A stretch of 32,000 bases of DNA, taken from the NCBI RefSeq assembly GCF_001457615.1, contig NZ_LN831024.1:3450001-3482000 (forward strand). The letters are read 5' to 3'. A program made the position numbers and the translations under genes. Positions 9,710-18,600 of the stretch are shown here, one piece after another. The notes beneath the pieces were generated by a model. The model made no database searches and had not been told where the DNA came from. It saw only the letters and a list, made by a program, of their open reading frames with translations. This DNA is from Pseudomonas aeruginosa. GTDB lineage: Bacteria; Pseudomonadota; Gammaproteobacteria; Pseudomonadales; Pseudomonadaceae. Each line of letters starts with the position of its first letter. Position 1 is the first letter of the stretch.

Positions 9710-10264
9710 ATGACCGAGCCTCTCCCTTCTTCGTCCCTGGGCCCCGCCCTGCGTCGCTGGCGCCTGCTGCACCGGGTCAAGCAAACGCATGCCGCCGAAT
9801 TGCTCGGCGTGGCGCAATCGACCATCTCGCGCTGGGAGTCCGGTACCCAGGCGCTGCTGGTGGAGGAACGGGCACGCCTGGAGCGTCTGCTCGGCGCCCG
9901 CCTGGAAGCCGCCGCCGACCAGGCACTGGCCCGCCTGGTCGAGGCCAACCCGCAACCCGTGCACCTGATCTGCGACCTCACCCATCGCCTGTTGGCCTGT
10001 TCGCCGGCACGCGCCGCGCAATTCGGCGTGCCTCTCGGCGAACTGCTCGACCGTTCGCTGTGGCCCTATTGCAGCGAGGAAATCCTCCGCCAGGAAGCCA
10101 CCCTCGAGGAACTCGGCTGGCGCGAACTGCTGGCACCGCCGGCGCTGGAGTTCGCCAGCGGAGCGAACGCCTCGGCCATCGTGCCGATCCGGCGCAGCCG
10201 TTGCCGCTGGACCCGCATGACCCTCTCGGACGGACGCGCGGTGCGCCTGGTGGAAACCCTCTGA
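9710..10264 (+). CDS. Small XRE-type HTH protein with PAS-like C-terminal sensor region (PA1879-like hypothetical)
   Basis: LRRWRLLHRVKQTHAAELLGVAQSTISRWESG HTH. The C-terminal ~110 aa resemble a PAS fold by pattern only. Weak SD. Confidence 0.7.
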   Translation: MTEPLPSSSLGPALRRWRLLHRVKQTHAAELLGVAQSTISRWESGTQALLVEERARLERLLGARLEAAADQALARLVEANPQPVHLICDLTHRLLACSPARAAQFGVPLGELLDRSLWPYCSEEILRQEATLEELGWRELLAPPALEFASGANASAIVPIRRSRCRWTRMTLSDGRAVRLVETL

Positions 10265-10274
10265 ACGTCGCCGC

Positions 10275-10287
10275 GGATATTTTATCC
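10275..10287. promoter_or_regulatory. 13-bp dyad GGATA-TTT-TATCC between the HTH gene and the HD gene (candidate operator/promoter element)
   Basis: Read directly. It lies 11 nt after the 10264 stop and 66 nt before the ATG at 10353. Confidence 0.3.
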
Positions 10288-10352
10288 ATGGACCTTCAGC
10301 ACCGCCGCGCCTAGGCTTGCAGGCTCGTTTCACCGGTAGCGGAGCCCGCGCC

Positions 10353-10931
10353 ATGTCCCTCGAACTGCTGAGCAACCGCCTCGAATTCCTCCGCGAAGCC
10401 GAACGCCTGAAAGACGTCCTGCGCTCCGCGCACACCTCCTCCGGCCGCCCGGAAAGCACCGCCGAACATAGCTGGCGGCTGTGCCTGATGGCACTGGCCT
10501 TCGAGGACCAACTGGCCGGCCTGGACCTCGGCAAGGTCCTGCGCATGTGCGTGGTCCACGACCTCGGCGAAGCGATCCACGGCGACATCCCCGCCGTCGA
10601 GCAGGCCGCGCACCCGGACAAAGGCGAACAGGAACGCGCCGACCTGTTGCAGCTGACCCGTCACCTCGACGCGCCGCTGCGCGACCGCCTGCTCGCCCTG
10701 TGGGACGAATACGAGCGCGGCGAGTCCGCCGAAGCCCTGGCAGTGAAGGCCCTGGACAAGCTGGAAACCCTGCTCCAGCACACCCAGGGCGACAATCCGG
10801 CGGACTTCGACTATGCCTTCAACCTCGACTACGGCCGTCGCTATACCGACCGCGCACCGCTGTTCAAGACCCTGCGCGAGCTACTCGACGCCAGGACCCG
10901 ACAGCGCCTCGCAGCTCGGCGCGACGCCTAG
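10353..10931 (+). CDS. HD-domain metal-dependent phosphohydrolase (YfbR-like 5'-nucleotidase family)
   Basis: H...HD...D metal ligands: AEHSWRL, VVHDLGEAIHGDIP, KALDKLE. GGAG 9 nt upstream of the ATG at 10353. The track start at 10317 is less likely. Confidence 0.8.
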   Translation: MSLELLSNRLEFLREAERLKDVLRSAHTSSGRPESTAEHSWRLCLMALAFEDQLAGLDLGKVLRMCVVHDLGEAIHGDIPAVEQAAHPDKGEQERADLLQLTRHLDAPLRDRLLALWDEYERGESAEALAVKALDKLETLLQHTQGDNPADFDYAFNLDYGRRYTDRAPLFKTLRELLDARTRQRLAARRDA

Positions 10932-11039
10932 CGTGCGCCCGCCCGGGCAGCGTTACCAGCACCACCGCCTACGTAGCTCGCCATGACTACAGGGAAGCGG
11001 CTGGCACGTTTCCACCGACCGGGGCCTGTCCTGCACGCC

Positions 11040-12227
11040 TCAGTAAAGGCGCGCCTTGATCAGCGGCCGCAGCAGGTAGTTGAGCACGCTGCGCTTGCCG
11101 CTGAGGATGTCCACCTCGGCGACCATCCCCGGAATGATCGGCAATACCTCCTCGCCGCGCTTCAACTGGCTGCCATCGGTCTTGATCAGCACCTGGTAGT
11201 AGGACTCCTTGCCATGCGGGGTGTCCTCCTCGATGGTGTCGGCACTGATCTGCTCCAGGGTGCCCTTGAGGTCGCCGTAGATGGTGTAGTCGTAGGCGGT
11301 GATCTTCACCTTGGCCGGCATGCCGGGAACCAGGAAGGCCACGTCGCGCGGCTTGATCTTCGCCTCCACCAGCAGACGCTCCTCTACCGGGATCACTTCC
11401 ATGATCGGCTCGCCGGGCTGGATCACCCCGCCGCGGGTGTTGATCAGCACGGTGTTCACCCGCCCGCGCACTGGCGACAGGATCTCGGTGCGGCGCAACT
11501 GGTCCTGGCGCTGCTGGACGATCGGTTCCAGGGCGCTGAGATCGGCCTTGCGCTGTGCGCGCTCGGTATAGGCATCCTGGAAATAGGTGCTTTTCAGCTC
11601 GGTCAGCTTGCCGCTGAGGGTGGCGATGTCCTGGCTCAGCTTGAGCGCCTCCATCTGGCTCACCGCACGCTTGGCCACCAGCGGGCGAACCAGGTCGAGC
11701 TGGCTCTGCGCCAGGTGAATCTGCCGCTGGATCGCCTGGGTGCCCTCCACCAGTTTGTCGCGGCGCGACTTGAACAGCTCGCGTTCGGAACGCGCCAGCG
11801 GCCCCTCGGGATCGACGTCCGGCGGGAACTCGATGCTCTTCTTGCCTAGCACCTCGGCGTCGAGCCGGGCAATGGCCGCGCGCAGCACGCTGGCCTGGTT
11901 CGCCGACTCCTGGAAGTTGGTGAGGAAGCGCGTCTCGTCGAGGCGCACCAGCGGCTGGCCGACTTCCACCAGGTCGCCCTCCTTCACCAGCAGGCGGTCG
12001 AGGATGCCGCCCTCCAGGCTCTGGATCTTCTGGATGCGGCTGAACGGCACGACCCGACCGTCGCCGCGGGTCACCTCGTCCAGTTGCGCCCAGGCCGCCC
12101 AGCCGATGAACAGCAGCACGCAACCGAGCAGGGTCCAGAGCAGCGGCCGGTAGACCGGGTGGGTAGCCGCCAGCAACGGGTCGGCCAGTTGCCGGCGCAG
12201 GGCGGCGGCGTCGCGGTCAGAGTCCAT
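11040..12227 (-). CDS. Type I secretion membrane-fusion protein (HlyD family; PA1877-like)
   Basis: N-terminal TM (LLWTLLGCVLLFIGWAAWA). Long coiled-coil middle. C-terminal beta-barrel segment with GMPAKVKITAYDY and GMVAEVDILSGKRSVLNYLLRPL. GAAGGAGG SD. Overlaps the ABC gene stop by 11 nt. Confidence 0.9.
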   Translation of the reverse strand: MDSDRDAAALRRQLADPLLAATHPVYRPLLWTLLGCVLLFIGWAAWAQLDEVTRGDGRVVPFSRIQKIQSLEGGILDRLLVKEGDLVEVGQPLVRLDETRFLTNFQESANQASVLRAAIARLDAEVLGKKSIEFPPDVDPEGPLARSERELFKSRRDKLVEGTQAIQRQIHLAQSQLDLVRPLVAKRAVSQMEALKLSQDIATLSGKLTELKSTYFQDAYTERAQRKADLSALEPIVQQRQDQLRRTEILSPVRGRVNTVLINTRGGVIQPGEPIMEVIPVEERLLVEAKIKPRDVAFLVPGMPAKVKITAYDYTIYGDLKGTLEQISADTIEEDTPHGKESYYQVLIKTDGSQLKRGEEVLPIIPGMVAEVDILSGKRSVLNYLLRPLIKARLY

Positions 12228-14388
12228 GGTTGCCTCCTTCGGCGGCCTGCGGTGCCTGTACCTGGTTGCCCTGCACCACCTGCTCCAGCGGGCCGTCCAT
12301 GATCACCCTGCCCTGGCGCAGGACCACCGCACGCTCGACCAGGGCGAGCATGCTTTTCTTGTGGGTGGTGATGACCAGGGTGCGCTTGCCCAACCATTGC
12401 TGCAGGTAGTCGATGACCTGTTTCTCGCTGCCCTGGTCGAAGGCCGCGGTCGGCTCGTCGAGCAGCAGGATCGGAGGGTCCTGTAGCAGCACCCGGGCCA
12501 GCCCGACGGCCTGGCGCTGGCCGCCGGACAGGCTGGCGTTGCCCTGGATCGGCATGTCCAGCCCCAGCGGGTGGCCGCGGACGAAAGCGCCCAGGCCGAC
12601 CCCGTCGAGGGTCTCCAGCAGTTCCTCGTCGCCCAGCGCGGCGTTCTCCAGGTTGAGGTTGTCGCGCAGGCTGCCATGGAACAGCGCCACGTCCTGCGGC
12701 AGGTAGCCGATACCGCGCTGGCGGTCGGCCGGGTCGATCTGGGTCAGGCTGACGTCGTCCAGCAGCAGGCGTCCCGCCTGCGCGTCGAGCAGGCCGCTGA
12801 GCAGGCGCAGCAGGGTCGACTTGCCGGCGCCGTTGCCGCCGAGCAGCGCCACCCGCTCGCCGGCGCGGATGTTCAGGGCCTGCACGTCGACCACCGGCGG
12901 GCTGTCGCCGTGGGCCAGGCGCACGCCCTCCAGGCGGTAATGCCCCTGCAGGCGCTCCTTGTGCACGAAGCGCTTGCCCTGGGGTCGCTCCTGCTCGGCG
13001 CTCATCAGTTGGTCGAGGCCTTCCATCGCCACCTTGGTGTGCTGCCAGCGACCGAGGATGCCGGCCGCCTGCGACAGCGGTGCGATGGCCCGCGAGGCGA
13101 GGATCGAGCAGGCCACCAGGCCGCCGACGGTCATCGCGCCCTCGCTGATCCGATAGACGCCGAAGACCACCACGCCGACGTAGCAGAGCTGCTGGACGAT
13201 GCTCGCCGAGTAGCTCAGGGTCGAGGCCAGGGTATGGGTCTTCATCGCCGTACCGGCCAGTTCGCCGGTCAGGGTTTCCCACTGGTGCAGGCAGCGGCCT
13301 TCGGCGCGGGTCGCCTTGACCGTCTCCAGGTGCTCGAAGGCTTCCAGCAGCACGCCGTTCTTCATCGCCCCTTCGCGCAGGTTCTGCCGCGACAGGTGGC
13401 CGAGCAGGCGCTGGGTCAGCAGCCCCGGCAGGATCATCAGCACGCAGGCCACCAGCGGCACCCAGACCACATGGCCGCCGATCACGGCGATGATCAGCAG
13501 GAAGATCGCCACGAACGGCAGGTCGCTGATCAGCGCCGCGCTGGACGAGGTAAAGAACTCGCGCACCGACTCGAACTCCCGCACCTGGGTACTGAAGGCG
13601 CCCATCGACGCCGGCTTGGCGGCGACCCGGGTGCTCAGCACGCGGGAGAACAGCAGGGTCGAGAGTTGCAGGTCGAGGCGCTTGCCGAGCACGTTGAGCA
13701 GGTGGCCGCGCATGATCCGCAGGACACCGTCGAGGACGATCGCCAGGGCCACGCCGCTGGCGAGGATCCACAGGGTGTCGAACGCCGCGTTGGGCACCAC
13801 GCGGTCGTAGACCTGCATGGCGAACAGTGCCGAGGCGACCGCCAGGACGTTGGCCACCAACGCCGCGGCGGTGACCTCGGCGTAGGAACGCCAGAGCCGC
13901 TTGAGCGGGCCGAAGAACCAGTGTTCGGGCAAGGCGCTGGCGTAGTCGCCGACCCGCCCGTCCGGGCGGTAGCGGCACTTGGCGAAGACCGCCGTGCCGC
14001 TGTACAGCGCTTCCAGCTCGGCCAGCGGCATCCTCTGGCTTCCGCCGTCGCTCTGCGGTACCAGCACCTCGGCGTGCTCGCCGTCGTTGCCCACCAGCAC
14101 CAGGGCGCGGCCGTCGTCGAGCAGCAGCAGGGCCGGCAGCAGGTAGCGATCGATCCGGCGCAACGGCTGGCGGGTGACCTGGGCGGTGATGTCGGCGCGG
14201 CGCAACGCGCGGGCCACCAGGTGCAACGGCAGGCGACCGTGCTCCAGCGACATGCCGTCCACCAGTTCGGCGTCGCCGAGCGGTCGGCCAAGCTGCCGGC
14301 AGAGCAGCAACAAGCCCTGGCGCAACGGGTCGACGATGGGGTCGTGGTTGAGGATCACGACGTTATCCGGGGTTTTCTCAGCTTCCAT
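12217..14388 (-). CDS. Type I secretion ABC transporter, ATP-binding/permease with N-terminal C39-like domain (PA1876-like)
   Basis: Walker A GGNGAGKST, signature LSGGQRQ, Walker B ILLLDEPTAAFD. Six-TM core. ~140-aa N-terminal peptidase-C39-like domain as in HlyB/LapB-type exporters. Confidence 0.93.
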   Translation of the reverse strand: MEAEKTPDNVVILNHDPIVDPLRQGLLLLCRQLGRPLGDAELVDGMSLEHGRLPLHLVARALRRADITAQVTRQPLRRIDRYLLPALLLLDDGRALVLVGNDGEHAEVLVPQSDGGSQRMPLAELEALYSGTAVFAKCRYRPDGRVGDYASALPEHWFFGPLKRLWRSYAEVTAAALVANVLAVASALFAMQVYDRVVPNAAFDTLWILASGVALAIVLDGVLRIMRGHLLNVLGKRLDLQLSTLLFSRVLSTRVAAKPASMGAFSTQVREFESVREFFTSSSAALISDLPFVAIFLLIIAVIGGHVVWVPLVACVLMILPGLLTQRLLGHLSRQNLREGAMKNGVLLEAFEHLETVKATRAEGRCLHQWETLTGELAGTAMKTHTLASTLSYSASIVQQLCYVGVVVFGVYRISEGAMTVGGLVACSILASRAIAPLSQAAGILGRWQHTKVAMEGLDQLMSAEQERPQGKRFVHKERLQGHYRLEGVRLAHGDSPPVVDVQALNIRAGERVALLGGNGAGKSTLLRLLSGLLDAQAGRLLLDDVSLTQIDPADRQRGIGYLPQDVALFHGSLRDNLNLENAALGDEELLETLDGVGLGAFVRGHPLGLDMPIQGNASLSGGQRQAVGLARVLLQDPPILLLDEPTAAFDQGSEKQVIDYLQQWLGKRTLVITTHKKSMLALVERAVVLRQGRVIMDGPLEQVVQGNQVQAPQAAEGGNHGL

Positions 14389-15655
14389 GATTCAGCCGGT
14401 TCTCCAATAGCGGACCCAACAGGCCGACTTGCGCGGCCGCCCGATACTCGATGCGCTTGCGTTCGATCCGCAGGTTGATCAGTTGCCGCTCTGCCTCGAA
14501 CCGCTCGCGCTGCACGTTGAGCAGGTCGATCACGTCGCGCCGGCCAACCTCGAACTGTTCGCGATACAACTCGCCGACCTGCTCCGACTCGGTCACCTGC
14601 TGGGTCAGCGACTGTTCCCGCCAGCGCAGCGTGTCGCCGTTGTCGAAGAGGTTCTGCAGTTGCCGGCGGATGTCGCGCTGCATCGCGTCGGCGCTCCATT
14701 TCGCCGACTCCAGGCGCTGCTGCGCGGCGGTCGGCCGGCGGAAGTTGGAAAGCCCCTGGAAGGTGTCCATGCGGAAGCGCAGGGATACCACCGAGTCGCT
14801 TTCCGGATGCCCGCCGATCTCCCGGCGCAGCGCGCTGGCCTCCAGGTTCAGTTGCGGCAGCAGCGACGCCTTGGCCTCGCGGACCTCGGCCTCGGCGACA
14901 TTGGCGTCCTCCAGGGCCTTGCGCTGCAAAGGCGATTCGCGGATCACCCGCGCCATATCGCTGGCCGCCAGGTAGCGTTGCAGCGACATCGGCTCGGGCT
15001 CCACCAGGTCGGCGGGCTCCTGGCCGACCAGGATCGCGTACTGGTTGCGCGCGTCCTGCAGGTTGCCCTTCTCCAGCGACAACTGCTCCTGGGCCCGCGA
15101 CAGTTCCAGATTGGCGCGATCCAGCTCGCTGCGGTCGGCGTAGCCGTCGCCGCCGCGCGCCTGGGTCATCTCGCGGATGCCGTCGAGGCGCTGGATGTGT
15201 TCGCGCACCGCCTCCACCCGGCGCTCCGAGGCAAGCACATCGAGGTAGGTCTCGACGATATCCAGCGCCGCATCGTCGCGCGCCACCAGCACCGCCTCGG
15301 ACAGCTTGCGCTGGGTCGCGCTGGCGCTGTCGACCTTGCTCGTCACCCGACCCCAGTCGTACAGCATCTGCGACGCGGTGAGATCGTAGACGATCTCGCC
15401 GAAGTCGAACTCCTGCGGCCCCCCGGACATCGTCACGGAGGGGTAGTACCCCCCTTTGGCCATCTCCACCTCGGTGCCTGCACGGTCCGCTTCGGCCATC
15501 GCGGATCGTACTTCCGGGTGGATCGCCAGCCCTGCCCTGACCGCCTGGTCGAGGGGCATGGCCGACGCGAACATCGGCAGACCCAGGGAAAGGAGCCAGA
15601 TGGCTCCCTTCCCATGCCGCCGTCCCTTGCGCGCGTACTGCCTGCGCCCGCGCAT
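14378..15655 (-). CDS. opmL: TolC-family outer-membrane channel of the T1SS (PA1875-like)
   Basis: Signal peptide ending FASA|MP. Two TolC-type repeat halves rich in coiled-coil heptads. The start ATG shares ATGA with the adhesin stop codon. Confidence 0.88.
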   Translation of the reverse strand: MRGRRQYARKGRRHGKGAIWLLSLGLPMFASAMPLDQAVRAGLAIHPEVRSAMAEADRAGTEVEMAKGGYYPSVTMSGGPQEFDFGEIVYDLTASQMLYDWGRVTSKVDSASATQRKLSEAVLVARDDAALDIVETYLDVLASERRVEAVREHIQRLDGIREMTQARGGDGYADRSELDRANLELSRAQEQLSLEKGNLQDARNQYAILVGQEPADLVEPEPMSLQRYLAASDMARVIRESPLQRKALEDANVAEAEVREAKASLLPQLNLEASALRREIGGHPESDSVVSLRFRMDTFQGLSNFRRPTAAQQRLESAKWSADAMQRDIRRQLQNLFDNGDTLRWREQSLTQQVTESEQVGELYREQFEVGRRDVIDLLNVQRERFEAERQLINLRIERKRIEYRAAAQVGLLGPLLENRLNHGS

Positions 15656-18600
15656 CAGACCACGACCTGTACCGTGTTGTCCTCGATCAGCAGGGTGGTA
15701 CTGCCGAAGGTGTAGACGTCGTAGGTAATGCCGTTGATCAGTTGCGTGGTACCGGTATTCACCGCGCCCACCACGTTCAGGGTGTCGTTGTTCTCGCCGG
15801 TGATCTGCAACGTGTTGTTGGCATCGGTGATGGCATCCACCTCCGCCGCGGTCAGGGTCAGCACGCTACCCGAATCGCCCTTGCCGAGGTCGATGCGCTC
15901 GAGGTTGCTGAGCGTGCCGACGCCGACGGCGTTGTAGTCGAGGTCGATGCCGTTGGCCAGGACCAGGGTGTCGAACCCGGCGCCGCCATCGATGCTGACG
16001 AAATCGGTCGCGGTGATCTGGATGGTGTCGTTGCCGTTGCCGGCCACCACGTGATCGCCGGTGCCCACGTTGAAGATCAGGTCGCTGCCGTCGCCGCCGT
16101 TGATGTGCTCCGAACTGCCGTTGGCGCCGGACAGCACGTCGTCGCCGGAAGTACCGTTGACATCGATCTGGCCGATATTGAGCGACAGTCCGTTGGGGGT
16201 CAGGGTGATCCCGTAGGCGGCGCTGTCGTTGCCATTGGAGTCGGTGGACACCAGGTTGAACGAGATCTGCGAGCCGAGGTTGAGGATGTCGGTGATGTTC
16301 AGCCCCAACTGGGTGAGGATGGTCGGGCTCAGCAGGTTCAGCGAGAAGTTTCCGGACGAATCCGCCTGGATCGGCAGCAATTCGACGTTCAACGCCGGGG
16401 TGATGACCCGGATCACCACGCTGGAGTCAGGCTCGGTGGTTCCGCTGAAACCGAAACGCGGGTTCAGCGGGTTGAGGCTGACGTCGAGGCCGAAGTTGCC
16501 GATGGTCACCGGTTGCTCGATGCTGGTGCCGACGCCGATGCTCGCCGTGTTGCTCGGGTTGCCGGCCGGGTCGCGTCCGACCACCGACACCTGGGCATTG
16601 AGCAACTGGTCCCAACTGAAGTCGATGTCCAGGTCGGTGAGCAGGTTCAGCGACGCCAGCCCGCTGTTGTCGGCGGTCACCGTGGCGGTGGCGGTCACCC
16701 CGCCGACGTCGACGGTCACCGTCAACTCGGTCCCTGGCTCCGCCGAGATGGTCAGGATGTTGCCGACCAAGGACAGCACCGGGGTCGCCGGCGGAATGGT
16801 GTCGATGGTGAACGGCACCGGGGTCGACGCGGTGCCGCCGTTGATGTCGGCGGTGACGGTCGAGGCGCCCTCCGGGAACGGGCCCATGCCGCCGGGAGGC
16901 GTCAGGGTCAGGGTCAGGTTGCCGGCGGCGATGTCGCCGGCGGTGAGGGTATGGCTGACCTCGGCCTCGTAGCCGTTCTGCCCGGCGAACTTGACCGTGA
17001 CCACCTGGCCGACCTGCATGGTCGGACGGACCGTCACATCGACCTGGATGCCGTCGCCGATCTCCGCGGCGTTGATCCAGGTATCGGCGGCTTCCGGCAC
17101 GCTGATGGTCGGCGGCGCCAGGTCCGGCGCGTTGATGGTGGCCGGCCCGCTGACGTTGCCGGCGGCGTCCACGGCAACCCCGGCGATCAGTTCGCCGGTG
17201 ATCAGCGGCGGCGCGAACGGCAGGCTGAAGTTGCCGGCGCCGTCGACGGTGACCGTGATCGGGTTGGCGGTGTCGCCGTTGACCACGATACGCACCTGAC
17301 TGTTCGGCTCGGCGGTGCCGGTCAGCAGCGCGCCGTCGGCGCTGATGCTCAGCAGCGGAGCGGACGGCGCCACCGAGTCCACCGTGGTGCTGGCCGGACC
17401 GCTGGCGTTGCCCGCGGCGTCTTCGGCGACGGCGTTGATCACCGTACCGTTGGCCAGCGGCGTGCCGGGGGTGAAGGTCCAGTTGCCACTGCCGTCGGCG
17501 GTGGTCTCGCCGATCGGGTTGCCGTTGCCGTCGGTGAGGATCACTTTGGCGCCGACCTCGGCGGTGCCGGTGATCACGCTGCCGTTGCTGGCATTGATCA
17601 CCGGCGTGGCCGGCGCCACCGTATCCACCGTGGTGCTGGCCGGACCGCTGGTATTGCCGGCCGGGTCCTGGGCCACGGCGTTGACCACCGTGCCGTTGAC
17701 CAGCGGCGTGCCCGGTGTGAAGGTCCAGTTGCCGCTACCGTCGGCGAGGGTCTGGCCGATCGGGTTGCCATTGCCATCGGTGAGGATCACCCGGACGCCG
17801 GGTTCGGCGGTGCCGCTGAGTTCGACACCATTGCTCGGGTCGATCACCGGGGTGGCCGGGGCCACCGCGTCCACCGTGGTGCTGACCGGACCGCTGGTGT
17901 TGCCGGCGGCGTCCTGGGCCACCGCATTGATCACCGTGCCGTTGGTCAGCGGTGTGCCCGGAGTGAAGCTCCAGTTGCCGCTGCCATCGGCGGTGGCCTG
18001 CCCTATCGGGTTGCCGCCGCCGTCGGTGAGGATCACCGTGGCCCCGGCTTCGGCGGTACCGCTGATCACCGTACCGTTGCTCGGATCGAGCACCGGGGTG
18101 GCCGGGGCTACCGAGTCCACCGTGGTGCTGGCCGGGCCGCTGGTGTTGCCGGCGGCGTCCTGGGCCAGCGCATTGATCACCGAGCCGTTGGCCAGCGGCG
18201 TGCCGGGCGTGAAGCTCCAGTTGCCGCTGCCGTCGGCGGTGACCTGGCCGATCGGGTTGCCGTTGCCGTCGGTGAGGATCACCGTGGCCCCGGCTTCCGC
18301 CGTACCGCTGATGACGACTCCATTGCTCGGATTGATCACCGGCGCCGGCGGGGCGATGGCATCGACGGTGACGCTGGCCGGACCGCTGGTATTGCCGGCC
18401 GGGTCCTGGGCCACGGCGTTGATCACGGTGCCGTTGGCCAGCGGGGTGCTCGGGGTGAACGTCCAGTTGCCGCTGCCGTCGGCGGTGGCCTGGCCGATCG
18501 GGTTGCCGCCGCCATCGGTGAGGATCACCGTCGCACCGGCTTCCGCGGTACCGGCGATCACGCTGCCGTTGCTCGGGTCGATCACCGGCGCGGCCGGCGC

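Noticed and set aside
7204-9981. 925-aa minus-strand ORF and 753-aa + alternate-frame ORF over the molybdopterin subunit
   Set aside because: No recognisable domains and extreme Arg/Gly/Ala content. The chosen frame has a Tat signal and XDH-family motifs and abuts its 2Fe-2S partner.
12071-14478. 635-aa ORFs on both strands overlapping the ABC transporter gene
   Set aside because: Alternate-frame or antisense artefacts. Walker A/B and the ABC signature occur only in the 12217-14388 minus frame.
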